In this document: positions 44,328 through 55,162 of the stretch, piece by piece
Layout of the letters: every line of letters begins with the position of its first letter
Position numbering within the stretch: position 1 is the stretch's first letter
Assembly (NCBI GenBank): GCA_964016885.1
Contig: OZ024742.1
Location: 376,650,001 to 376,714,000, forward strand
Length of the DNA: 64,000 nt
From: Eledone cirrhosa
Lineage: Eukaryota
Reading direction: 5' to 3'
The notes under the pieces: model-generated
Told to the model about the DNA's origin: nothing
The model's input: the letters and a program-made list of their open reading frames with translations, nothing else
Databases searched by the model: none
Made by a program: the position numbers and the translations under genes

Positions 44328-44559
44328 ATAAAATGTCCCCAGTAAATGATGTGAAGTGGTTGGTGTTATGAAGGGCATCAGTCATGTCAAAAACAGAATG
44401 TATGAGAAAATATGGCCACCTGGTCATTTGTGACCAAAGGGGGCCTTTATATACATATATATGCATATACAGGTAATATTCTGTTATCACAAATAACATT
44501 ATAACAAATGTTTCAGTATAACAAAATTTTTCGTTACAACAAATTTTATATATATATAA

Positions 44560-45370
44560 GAAGCTCAGGGAGCTACTGCCACTGCTAGCTGCAAAAGGCT
44601 TTTCCCTCAAAATGAAAGGCAGGCTGTATGATGTGTGTATATGAACAGCACTGTTACATGGTACATGGTAGTGAGACCCGGGCGCTGTCTGTAGAAGACT
44701 TGCATAGATTAGAAAGAAACGAAGCCTGCATGCTCCGATGGATGTGTAACAGTAATATACGCAAACGGCAAAGCATAAATGAATTGAGAGAGAGACTGAG
44801 CATAAGAGGAATCAAATGCTGTGTGCAGGAGAGGAGGTTACGTTGGTATGGACATGTGATGTGTATGAAGGATGACAAGGGCATAAAAAGGTGCAGAGCA
44901 CTAGAAGTCGATGTAAACCGCGGAGTGGGGAGACCCAAGAAGACCTGAGATGAGGGGATAAAAGCCGACCTTCCCCAATTACACCTCTCAAAGGCGATGA
45001 CACACGACTGTGACCTCTGGCATCACGCAGTAATACAGAAGACCCGACCCCCCACGGGTACAAGCTGAAGCTGAAGCATATAGACAATATGCCCACAAAC
45101 CCTCCCACTGCAAAGTGGTCGTGGAGGTGCCACGACAAAAAAGCATCCAACCCACACTGTAAAGTGGATTTGTAGGCACCACGGAAAAAAAGCACCCAGC
45201 ACTCACTGTAAATGAGGTTAGTGTTGGCATCCAGCTGTAGAAATCAAGCCAGAATCAGTTCCTGTATGAGCAAGGCATGGTCAGCTGACCAGACACTGCC
45301 CACAACAGGACAACCCATCGAACCCATGCTAGCATGGAAGAACAGACGTAAAATGGTGATGATGATGATG
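44560..45370 (+). mobile_element. RTE-clade LINE, 5'-truncated and degenerate (end of ORF + 3' UTR + (GAT)n tail)
   Basis: Translates KLRELLPLLAAKGFSLKMKGRLYD..GSETRAL..LERNEACMLRWMC..RRLRWYGHV..GRPKKT with a stop and frameshift. Ends CCCATGCTAGCATGGAAGAACAGACGTAAAATGGTGATGATGATG. Confidence 0.88.
45108..45212 (+). repeat. Two-plus copies of a 49-bp tandem unit inside the RTE 3' UTR
   Basis: CTG(C/T)AAA starts at 45108, 45157 and 45206. The first unit is CTGCAAAGTGGTCGTGGAGGTGCCACGACAAAAAAGCATCCAACCCACA. Confidence 0.85.
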
Positions 45371-45655
45371 ATATATATATATATATATATAGGTGTACAA
45401 GATATCTTTTTTTGTTCCTCTAGTTCAGAGTTATGGCAACCTTTATCGAGAACTGTTTCTGCATATAGTGGTTATTGACTGAACAACAGTTTTGATAATT
45501 TGTCGTGCATGGAGTAAAAAGTCTTCCACCGTATTTGAATTCAATTTTTCCCGATAGATTATTGAGAATAGCGATTTCAAGACAAAACTCATACAGGGCA
45601 ATGAAACATGTAAATGCTAGAAATAAATCTTACTGCATTGGTAATCTGTGTAAAT

Positions 45656-45690
<35 letters not shown>

Positions 45691-45790
45691 GTGTCTATCT
45701 GTCCGTGTCTGTATGTATGTCTACCCATGCATCTATATACCTATCCATCAATTCTTTGTTTATTCATTTATTTCTCTCTCTATTTTACAG

Positions 45791-45868
45791 AATTGCTTCT
45801 TTACTGCAGTTTATTGAGGATTTTCTTACAGATTATTGCATTCCTTTTGGATTTGTTGATGGAAGCAA
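45791..45868 (+). CDS. IQCH: IQ domain-containing protein H-like, internal exon
   Basis: TTTTACAG acceptor and AA|GTAAGC donor; 1+75+2 nt encoding IASLLQFIEDFLTDYCIPFGFVDGS. The split codon AA+A (K) joins the next exon in frame. Resembles the IQCH region preceding the IQ motif (recalled, not searched). Confidence 0.8.
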
Positions 45869-46209
45869 GTAAGCAGAACTGTTTAATTAAATATCCAGGT
45901 TTTTAGAATAGGTTTTCCATATCCGTGTGTGTCGCCTGAGGTTTCTAAAAGGGATGGCATTATGGATGGAGGCACTGAATAGAAGAAGAGTTGATATATG
46001 TTGTGTGTAGTATACAAGATGGAAGTGGGGTGAGAACGGTGAGAAATAGGCAAGGAGAGAAGTACAAGATTGAGTGATAAGGGTGTCTAGAAGGTATGTA
46101 TGGTGTTGGTGTTTTTATTTCTGTAGCAAAGTTTGTAGACAATGTGGTGAGTGGGAGAAAACAGACAAGGTTGATATATTCAGTTTCACATTTCTTTGTT
46201 TCTCTTCAG

Positions 46210-46318
46210 ATTAAAGCAATTTGTCAATATGGCTGGCACTGAAAAGATACCTGGAATCGCCGACATTTTGAGCTTGATGATCAATGCTAAAACAGTTGAA
46301 GAGATTGTGAAAGTTCCG
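46210..46318 (+). CDS. IQCH: IQCH-like internal exon
   Basis: Polypyrimidine tract with TTCAG acceptor and CCG|GTCAGT donor; encodes LKQFVNMAGTEKIPGIADILSLMINAKTVEEIVKVP. Phase 0 join gives VP-GRKYKG, like IQCH LPGQRYKG. Confidence 0.85.
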
Positions 46319-46380
46319 GTCAGTTATTTATTATAGACTCATCACTTCATTTTCTTGCTTTCCTCTTTTGGTTTTGGTTC

Positions 46381-46505
46381 TATTGGTTACATTTCTAAGC
46401 AAAACTGTTGTTTCATTGGTTACATTTCTAAGTAAAACTGTCGTTTCATTGGTTACATTTCTAAGCAAAACTGTCGTTTCATTGGTTACATTTCTAAGTA
46501 AAACT
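46381..46505 (+). repeat. 33-bp tandem repeat, ~4 copies
   Basis: ATTGGTTACATTTCTAAG(C/T)AAAACTGT(C/T)GTTTC at 46382, 46415, 46448 and 46481 (last copy partial). Confidence 0.95.
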
Positions 46506-46510
46506 TAGAT

Positions 46511-46676
46511 GCAAACCGGCTGTAACTGGTCACTCATACTGATATCAAGGCATTGTTCTCAAAATAAATAACATTGAAATCTCATAGATTCGATATTATG
46601 TAAGATAATTATGTGAGATAAAGCCTTTACCGCAAAAATACAATAGTATAGAGTAATGTAAATGCTAAAGGGTTAA
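46511..46676 (-). mobile_element. Partial TTAA/piggyBac-type MITE (one TIR left)
   Basis: Ends AATGCTAAAGGG-TTAA. The body is a diverged reverse complement of 61252-61420. Confidence 0.7.
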
Positions 46677-47355
46677 GAAGAGAGCCTACAAAGGACGAAA
46701 TATTTTGGAATTTGTTCAGGAGAACCTGCACAAAAGAAGAGGAAATACCTGGACTTAGAAAGATTTAGAAATTACATATTATCTTAGACACCTTGCTTCC
46801 AACATTACATTTTGAATTTTTATTCTTTCTAGAATTAAATTTTTTCGATTTTAAATGTGAATTTTTAGTTCTTTCTTCCATAAAATGTATTGATTTTTAA
46901 TAATATTTTATTTACCCGTTGCGAAGGTGTAATTATTTGTACAAAAAAAATTGTAGATTTCTAGTATATTTTTATTCTTATCAACTTTGCTCAAAGCATC
47001 TAAAAAAAAATAGTTTGAGGTTTGCTCAAACGGACATTGCTCAAAATGCATATAATTCTAACTTTGCTCAAAATGACTGGACATGCTTTCATTGTATCCA
47101 TAATCGACCTCAGGCTATCTTGGCCACAAGCCGCCAAAAGACGTCCACTGCGATTTGTTGGATATTGTTGTTATTCCTTTTCAACGTAGTCAGTTTGGCT
47201 GATGGGAAAAGATCTCAGGCACGATTGGGTGAAGTGTGGGGGGTCAGTTCAAAGAAGACTGTTCATCACAGTAGATATACCCTGGCCTCAGCAGAGTGTG
47301 GTGAAATTACATCTCTAATTATATTGCATTATTCTAAGGCAAAGTTAACCTCGGT

Positions 47356-47662
47356 GAGTTCAAATCCCGCTGAGGTTAACTTTGCCTTTTATCCTTACGG
47401 GATCGATAAAATAAAGTACCAGTAATACACTGGGATAATTGCTGGCCTTGTGTCAAAAGTAGAAACAATTATTCTAGCTATTGGTGGATTGGCAGTATCG
47501 GTAGAGGGTTGGACGCCATGCTTTGCAACATAGAGTTACGGCTCTTTATGATCCAAGGTTAACTTTGCCTTTCATCTTACAGGGTCAATAAAATAAAGTA
47601 CCAGTAATACACTGGAATAATTGCTGGCCTTGTGCCAAAAGTAGAAACAATTATGCTAGCTA
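47356..47662 (+). mobile_element. Two adjacent SINE fragments of the same family
   Basis: AGGTTAACTTTGCCTT..ATAAAATAAAGTACCAGTAATACACTGG..ATTGCTGGCCTTGTG occurs at ~47372 and ~47556. B-box-like GAGTTCAAATCC at 47356. Same family as 60728-60935. Confidence 0.75.
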
Positions 47663-47689
47663 TTATTCTTTGAGAGCATAATAGTTAGA

Positions 47690-48192
47690 ATAAGGATAGG
47701 ATGGAAGAGGTTTAGAGAGTTACTCCCACTGCTGACCACTAAAGGTTTCTACCTATGTACAAAAGAAGAACTGTATGATGCCTGTGTGCAAAGTGTGATG
47801 CTGCATGATAGTGAATCATAGGCTGTGACTGTGGAGCATGTACATTGGATGTGCAATGTAAATGTAAAAGAAAGGCTGAGCTTGGGTGAGCTGAGTGAAA
47901 AAACTGGGTTTAAAAGGAATCCAAGGTGGTGTGCAGGAGAGAAGACTGTAATGTGCATGGACAATGATCATTGAGTGAAGAAGTGCCAGGAAATGTCAGT
48001 TGAAGGAAGTCACAGTAGTAAAGGTAGACAGAGAAAGTCATGGGTAGAGGTTGTGAGAGTGGATGTCAAATCACTGAGACTCACAGAGGTGATGGCAAAG
48101 GATTGTGACATGTGGAGAGGTGCTGTGTGTGAAGGACCCTTCTAACCCATGTAAGCAAAGGCAAGCAGACGTAAAAATGATGATGATGATGT
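47690..48192 (+). mobile_element. Second degenerate RTE LINE 3' end, short 3' UTR
   Basis: IRIGWKRFRELLPLLTTKGF..LYDACVQSVMLHDSES..; ends AACCCATGTAAGCAAAGGCAAGCAGACGTAAAAATGATGATGATG. It lacks the 49-bp tandem unit. Confidence 0.82.
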
Positions 48193-48276
48193 GTAATGTA
48201 ATATATTACAATATTTTGTTATGTAGTTTCTGTAATAATTAAATCTTTCTCTCTCTTTCTCCATATCTGTTTTCAG

Positions 48277-48504
48277 GGTCGTAAGTACAAAGGTCCACGA
48301 GGACAAATGTTTGCTGCCATTACCATACAGAGCAACTGGCGGAGATTTAGAGCGAGGAAGAAATTCATGGATTATCGTGAAAAGAAGTGGGCTACTGATA
48401 TCTTTGCCTTTGGATGGACGGCACGTGTGAAAATTGCTCGAAACAAGAGTCAACTAAGACAGACAAGAGCTGACAATGTAGAAATTCATAGATTTAAGCT
48501 GAAG
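48277..48504 (+). CDS. IQCH: IQCH-like exon containing the IQ motif
   Basis: TTTTCAG acceptor and AAG|GTAATA donor; 228 nt encoding GRKYKGPRGQMFAAITIQSNWRRFRARKKFMDYREKKWA..HRFKLK. IQ motif IQSNWRRFRARK. Confidence 0.92.
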
Positions 48505-48585
48505 GTAATATAATTCAACATTGCTTTTCTTGTACTACCAAGATGCTATTCAAGTGGCGAATTGATAGTCATTAGAATGTTAAGT

Positions 48586-48808
48586 GGAAGGTGTGGCCTA
48601 GTGGTAAGGTTGTTGGACTTATGATCACAATGTCATGGGTTCAATTCCTGGATTGCGTGTTGTGTTCTTGAGCAAAACGCTTCATTTCACATTGCTCCAG
48701 TATACTCAGCTGAAAATGAGTACCACCAATAGTTGGGGGTTTAACCCTGCGATGGACTGGCATCCTGTCCAGCGGGAGTCATGTACTCTTAGTCGCTCCA
48801 TGCCATGT
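48586..48808 (+). mobile_element. tRNA-derived SINE
   Basis: A box TGGCCTAGTGG (48594) and B box GGTTCAATTCC (48638), followed by a SINE-type body TGTGTTCTTGAGCAAAACGCTT..CCCTGCGATGGACTGGCATCCTGTCCAG. Confidence 0.8.
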
Positions 48809-48834
48809 CTTTAGACTTTAGATTGGAATGTTGG

Positions 48835-49075
48835 ATAGAATTCTGCCTTGACAAAGGCTAAGGGGTCATCTCTCCCGGTGATTTTGGATGGCCATTGACT
48901 CTTAAGAGCTCCTTTGCCCTTTGACAGGTTTTGTTTTTAGTCCTGCAGGATGTCCCAAGTCACCCTCCTCACCAAGAAACCTTCGTGGGGTTGCCAGTTT
49001 AGTCGCCAACGACCCGACCATGAGACAGGTTGTAATGGGATACATGTTACCAGTAGCACCAACTGGTGACCTGAC
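48835..49075 (-). mobile_element. Probable RTE 5'-UTR-type repeat fragment
   Basis: Inverted, diverged copy of 53547-53739. Its continuation (48841-48880, reverse complement) matches 59420-59457. Orientation is inferred. Confidence 0.6.
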
Positions 49076-49298
49076 ATACACACATACACACATACTTACA
49101 TACATACACATACACACATAAATACATACATACACATACATAAATACATACTTACAAATGTACATACATTCATACATGTGTGTATGTGTGTATGTATATA
49201 TGTATGTATAGTTCTGTGTATGTTTGTATGCATGGTGTTGTGTATGTATGTATCGTTCTGTGAATACATATATATTTCTATGTATGCAAGTATGACTT

Positions 49299-50111
49299 TA
49301 AACCAGAAAAGAAGTACAAGGATTCGTTGAAAACCTCTTTGAAAGATGCTAACATCTCTGTTGATACATGGGAAAACGTAGCTGCTGATCGTAAATGGAG
49401 AAAGACTATATCATCATCATCATCATCATCTTCGTTTAACGTTCATTTCCATGCTAGCATGGGTTAGACTTTAGATTGGGTTAGACTGTATATGAGGGGA
49501 AAGTTGCCTTTGAGGCATCTCGGATCGCATACGAGAAAGTAAAGAGGGATGTGAGGAAGGGCATTGCTGTTGTATTTCCAGACAGCGAAGGTCCTCCTAT
49601 GGCGCTGACATGCAGCGTCTGTGCGAGACTCTGCCTCAGCAAAGCTAGAATTGAAAGTCATAAAGTGAGACCAGTGGTTGACTACCAGGCTGCAGTTGGA
49701 GATGCTACGCATCATGCTTGCCAAACATGTGGTAGAGAATGTAAATCAGCAGGAGGGCTCAAGCGACATGCAAAAGTACACGAACTCCAACCACAGCCGA
49801 CTATTCCCAGTGAATGTTTTGGTTGCCGACTCTGTGCAAGACATTTTAGATCATTGGCTGGGCTAAAAAGCCACATTCGATCGCAGCACTGTTAATTGTT
49901 ATCGTGTGTGTGTGTGTATGTGTATATGTATGTATAGATATGTATATGTAGATATGTATATGTGTGTGTGTGTATGTATATGTATGTATAGATATGTATA
50001 TGTGTGTGTGTATATATATATATTTAAAAAAATTATTATTATTATTATTATTGTCGTTATGATTTTTTTTTCGGCAATGGCCATACTCGATAACAAGGGG
50101 GCAGCCATCAT
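49299..50111 (+). mobile_element. RTE/BovB-like LINE 3' fragment with C2H2 zinc fingers (copy 1, degenerate)
   Basis: Close paralog of 54091-54932. Ends with the tail GCAATGGCCATACTCGATAACAAGGGGGCAGCCATCAT. Confidence 0.82.
49411..49480 (-). mobile_element. Tiny RTE 3'-tail insertion nested in LINE copy 1
   Basis: (TCA)n..CGTTTAACGTTCATTTCCATGCTAGCATGGGTT is the reverse complement of the RTE tail at ~45320-45370. Flanked by AGACT(A/G)TAT, which occurs once in the paralog near 54198. Confidence 0.75.
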
Positions 50112-50321
50112 GTATGTATATTTTCCGTTCATTGCCAGGGAATGTCTTCACAAATCAAAGTATCGTCTTCCTGTCTTCGTTTGGTTGCAGCGTTTTTCAA
50201 AATATTTAACTTCTGCGTTCACAGATTGATTTTTTTTAGTTTCAGAAGATCCCGTTAAGGGTGAAAGCAGCGATTCTTTACTTAAACTTTAATCTGTTAT
50301 TTTAATAAATATATATATAAT

Positions 50322-50352
<31 letters not shown>

Positions 50353-50594
50353 GTGTGTATGTATGTTCTTCTGGTTTTATAATTTCACAAATTTTTTCCC
50401 AATAAAGAGAGAGTCGGTTTCTAACATAGACACAAGACTCTCTCATTGGAATTTACACAACATCAACTAGGTAAATATGTATGTCTGCATGCATGTGTAG
50501 ATATGGATGTTATTGTATGTGTGGATGTGTATGTTTTGAGTTGTATCTGTGCATGTGTATATGCTTTGCATCTGTACATGTGTATATGCAGTTA

Positions 50595-51293
50595 TTAGAT
50601 GCAACATTTTTGGAATGTTTTACATATTTTTACTGTTCCATTAATGGATTGTACTTGTAATTTCCTAACTAGTTGTGTTCTTTCTGTTCCTGTGAAGCCC
50701 AGCTTCTCAAGATTTGTATTGATGCAGTTACTAACATACCCCAGTGCCCCAATAATCACAGGCATAAATCTGAAGGTGTAATAAGGGTGGAGTATCTGCA
50801 GATTTCTCATCAGTTCTGCATAAATATTCTCCTTTTTGCTAATCTTTGATATTATATTGGCATCTGCTGGGCAGTTAATTTCCACTACTGTGCATGCTTT
50901 CTTCTCCCTGTCCAATATCATTATATCTGGTCTGTTATGCCTGCATTTTATTGGGGTTTTTACTGGAACATTCCACCAGTATTCTTTCATATTATGTACA
51001 TGGATGTCTTCCCCATTGCTGTAGCTTTTAATGTGTTTATTATTGGGGCTATCTTTTTACGAACTGCATTGTACAGTGTTTTGGCCACTACATCATGCTT
51101 CATAGGTAGATAGTACCGCGATGACATCTTTGGACAGCTGCTGATGACATGGGTGATATCCTCGATGTTAGTTCTGCAGAGTCTGCACTTGTTATCACAT
51201 CTAGGTGTTTTGCCTGTATCCCTATTTCTTTTGTGAATCAGGTATTTTGTGTTAATCTCCTGTTCTTGGATTGCAAAAGCGTATCCTTCAAAG
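50595..51293 (-). mobile_element. R4/NeSL-type REL non-LTR element, 3' part (CCHC knuckle + restriction-like endonuclease), frameshifted
   Basis: FAIQEQEINTK..CRLCRTNIEDITHVISSC..KHD..HNRPDIMILDREKKACTVVEINCP. Confidence 0.85.
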
Positions 51294-53042
51294 CTAGTGT
51301 TGGACTCAAACTGGTCACAAGTAGTCACCTCTACTTTGGACCTGATCTTCACCAATACTCCTGAAGTGGTTATGAGTTGTACTACTGAGGAACCTCTAGG
51401 CGACTGATCATGCTATGATCATTGCCAATCTGGCTCTTGCGGGCAGCAACAAAAACAAGAACCATCTCCAATCTGCTTGCTTTGATTAGAAGAAAGCAGA
51501 TTGGAACTTGTACTACACTGAGCTACAGCGCCCAAACTGGCATGAGTTCTATAACTCTGGAGATGTGAACACTATACTCCAGAGCATGCTGGACTCAACA
51601 TGGATAGTGTGTGCAGCATCAGTGCCACGTAAGCATAAAAAAAACCAACCCCAAAAGTGCAATTTGGGAAACTTTAGCGGTCCAACTTGCCAGGAAAGAA
51701 CGTTGGAATGCTGAACGGGAATATAAACTGCATAAATCAGATGCCAATAGAAAAAAAGTGGAATAAATATTCCAACCATCGCAAGCAAGTGACAAAAAAG
51801 GCAGTGCTTGAATTTGAACAGTGCATAGCAACCAATCCTGACAGTAAGATGTTCTGGAAATATGTACATTCAAAGCAGAGATCTAACTCTCCAGTTGGTC
51901 CTCTTTGCAATCCCCACACAAGCCAGATCACTGACGATCCCAAAGAATGCGCAGAACTCATTGCTGAGTGCAAGCATTTTTACTGTTTAAAACCAGAATG
52001 TACCATCTCCACCATCTCTAACATCAAATTCCATAACAACTATGGAATTTACACCTGCAATGCTGTGATGTCACCTTAAGAATAAGCACAACTATGCCTC
52101 CCCTGGTCTTGATGGTGTTACATACCTGCTTCTCAAACATGGCGGGTACTTCCTTTTGCACCAGCTTTCTTTCTTCTGTCAATACTGTCTCAACAATGGT
52201 GCTACTCCGGAACAGTGGAAAACTGCCAGTGTCATTCCCCTGTTCAAAAAGGGCGACCGCATGTCACCTGTCAACTATCGTCCAGTCAGTCTTACTAGCT
52301 GTATTGCCAAACTGATGGAATCCTGTGTCAGAGAAACACTTTGGAACTTCTGGAGCTCTCACAGCTTCATCCGGCCCTCGCAATTTGGATTTATCCCTAA
52401 CTCCAGCTGCTGTGATCAGCTTATCGAGTTCCTTGAAGACATTACCCGGATCACTGACAGCAGCTCATGGGTGGATGTTGTTTACCTTGACTTCGCTAAG
52501 GCTTTTAATTCTGTGCCACACAAAAGACTTATGGCGAAACTCTCTGCAATGGGTGTGAGGGATGATCTTTTTAACTGGTTGAAATCCTTCATTCTCAGCC
52601 GAAAAGAGGTAGTCACGATTCTAGGACAGCATTCTTCACCATATGAGATGTCATCTGGTGTACCACAGGGATCTGTTCTTGGTCCCCTTTTGTTTGTGGC
52701 ATATATTAATGACATAGATGCCAACTTAAAAAATGCCAGGGTACTGAAATATGCAGATGATATCAAGCTGTACCTTGAAATCAAAAGGACTGATCCTGAA
52801 ATTTACAACTCTTTCCTACAATCAGACCTGGACACAATGCAGCAATGGATCAAAGACTGGCAACTGAAGCTGGCTGTGGACAAGTGTACTTCCATACACA
52901 TGCACATATGTGTATATCATGACTCATGCACTGTTCATTTTCCTGACGTTTGTGCATTACCCTATGCACTATACATACACTTTTGATGAGTTGTAGTGCA
53001 CCTGAGCACTTTACACAATATTTTCATTATTGTTATTGTTAT
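51294..53042 (+). mobile_element. CR1/L2-group LINE fragment (end of APE endonuclease, RT, 3' tail), internally deleted
   Basis: LDLIFTN..DH endonuclease end; RT motifs NYRPVSLTS, QFGF, YLDFAKAFNSVPH, GVPQGSVLGPLLF, YADD. Tail TGTAGTGCACCTGAGCACT..(ATT/GTT)n. Flanked by an AAAG duplication. Confidence 0.9.
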
Positions 53043-53520
53043 AAAGTGGGAGCCAATATAGCGGTTGTTGGTCCAAGATAGACTACTTTCCTTATCTATA
53101 ATACTCTCACTCTGGAGCTTCCTGGCAACATATCCATGCATAATTTTTTGCTGATAAGCATGCAGTTTTTCATCCATGGATTCACTGCGATACTGCTGAG
53201 CGACTTCCCTGGGTGTGAGTTTTTGATTATCACACAGGGAATATCTCTCGAGGAGTTCCTTCCCAACTCTCATGATCTCATCTGTTTCATGCAGATAGAC
53301 TTGCTCGAGAAACGGGCTCCTACGCTTCGAGGTTCGTAGATGTTGTCGGAGATATGATGCAACATTCAAATGTTGTCTGGACTGATGTTAGGCCTCTGCC
53401 TCCCTGCTTACGTTTCAAGTAAAGGCGGTCTATGTCACTGTTGATGTGCAAGTTTCTGGTGTTGTTCAGTATTTTTCGAGTTCCAACATCAACTGCTCGG
53501 ATCTCGTCTATCGTCTATCG
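53043..53520 (-). mobile_element. R4/NeSL-type REL element, upstream part
   Basis: ..QQKIMHGYVARKLQ..IDKESSLSWTNNRYIGSHF joins EGYAFAIQEQE at ~51290 once the CR1 insert is removed. Confidence 0.8.
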
Positions 53521-53546
53521 TCTATGTATGTATGTATGTATGTAAT

Positions 53547-53739
53547 GTCAGGTCACTCTTGAGTGCTACTGGTAACATGTAACCCAGTACAACCTGTCTC
53601 ATGGTTGGGTCATCGGCGACTAAACCGGCAACCCCACCAAGTTTACTTGGTGAGGAGGGTAATTTTGGACACCCTGCAGGACAAAAAACAAAACCTGACA
53701 AAAGGCGGAAGAACTCATAAGAGTCAACGGCCATCCTAA
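53547..53739 (+). mobile_element. 5' segment of a probable non-autonomous RTE-derived element
   Basis: GTCAGGTCACTCTTGAGTGCTACTGGTAACATG..GAGTCAACGGCCATCC; paralog on the - strand at 48883-49075. Confidence 0.6.
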
Positions 53740-53815
53740 AGTGTGTAAATATGTATATACACATGTACATATGTATGTATATTTATATGTGTATATACAT
53801 GGGTGCATGTGTATG

Positions 53816-53886
<71 letters not shown>

Positions 53887-53962
53887 GTCAGCATGTGTGT
53901 GTATATATATATATGTATATATATGCATGTATGCATGTGTATGTATGTATATATATATGTAT

Positions 53963-54792
53963 AGAAGTATAGAAGCTCTTATGCTTAAGCAACGACTCCG
54001 TTGGAGTGGTCACCTTGCCAGGATGAAGGATTCTAGAATACCAAAACAACTCTTTTATGGAGAGTTAGTTAAAGGAAAACGACCGCCCCATAAACCAAAA
54101 AAGAGGTATAAGGGTTCCTTGAAAACCTCTTTGAAAGACGCTAACATCTCTGCTGATACATGGGAAAATATTGCTGCTGATCGTAATAAATGGAGAAAGA
54201 CTGTATATGAGGGAAAAGTTGCCTCTGAGGCATCACGAATCGCATACGAGAAAGTAAAGCGGGATGTGAGGAAGGGCATTGCTGTTGCACTTCCAGACGG
54301 CGAGGGTCCTCTTATGGTGCTGACATGCAGCGTCTGTGCGAGACTCTGTCTAAGCAAAGCTGGACTCGAAAGTCATCTTCGCAGTCATAAAGTAAGACCA
54401 GTGGTTGACTACCAGGCTGCTGTTGGAGATGCTACTCATCATGCTTGCCAAACATGTGGTAGAGAATGTAAATCAGCAGGAGGGCTCAAGCGACATGCAA
54501 AAGTACACGAACTCCAACCACAGCCGACTATTCCCAGTGAATGTTTTGGTTGCCGACTCTGTGCAAGACATTTTAGATCATTGGCTGGGCTAAAAAGCCA
54601 CATTCGATCGCAGCACTGTTAGTTGCTATCGTGTGTGTGTGTATAGATATGTTTATGTGTGTGCGTGTATGTGTATATATATATGTATATGTATATTATT
54701 ATTGTTGTTGTCGTTATTATTATTGTTGTTATTATTATTATTATTATTGTTATTAATGTATGTGTGTGTATATATATATGTGTGTGTATATA

Positions 54793-54834
<42 letters not shown>

Positions 54835-54932
54835 TATTTCTTTTTTTATTTTTATTTTCATTTTTATTTATTTATTAATTTTTTTTTTTTCTCGTGCAAT
54901 GGCCATACTCGATAACGAGGGGGTAGCCATCA
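53963..54932 (+). mobile_element. RTE/BovB-like LINE 3' fragment with three C2H2 zinc fingers (copy 2, open to stop at 54622)
   Basis: [51 protein letters not shown], then three CxxC..HxxxH/HxxxxH fingers. Microsatellite-filled 3' UTR and a stem-loop tail at 54896-54932. Confidence 0.88.
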
Positions 54933-54968
54933 TATATATATGTATATATACATGTATGCATGTGTATG

Positions 54969-55010
<42 letters not shown>

Positions 55011-55012
55011 CA

Positions 55013-55049
<37 letters not shown>

Positions 55050-55054
<5 letters not shown>

Positions 55055-55162
55055 AACCAGTAAGACCCCGACAGCTGAGCTCAAGCCGTTTCGACGGCTA
55101 ATTCTGAGAATTAGCCGTCGAAACGGCTTGAGCTCAGCTGTCGGGGTCTTACTGGTTCCTAT
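55050..55162. repeat. Perfect palindrome, 56-bp arms with 1-nt centre (55106)
   Basis: ATAGGAACCAGTAAGACCCCGACAGC..AATTCT-G-AGAATT..GCTGTCGGGGTCTTACTGGTTCCTAT. Confidence 0.97.

Noticed and set aside
45505-47425. ORFs 45505-45906 and 46919-47425 as genes
   Set aside because: They run through (TA)n or SINE sequence with no recognisable domain. The real exon at 45791-45868 is in a different frame.
50243-50268. Possible decayed hammerhead CAGAAGAT-CCC-GTTAA-GGG-TGAAAGC
   Set aside because: Core mismatch, no NUH site or stem I, and no associated PLE sequence.
53547-53640. HDV-like ribozyme at the putative RTE 5' end (CCAGT..GGG-stem-CTAA-AC(C/T)GG)
   Set aside because: P2, P4 and J4/2 look plausible and RTE 5' ends can carry HDV-like ribozymes, but I could not build P1 or P3 in either copy. 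It needs a family consensus.
53741-54622. Host C2H2 transcription factor gene
   Set aside because: The N-terminus is microsatellite, and the rest is a LINE C-terminus with a LINE tail and a degenerate paralog nearby.
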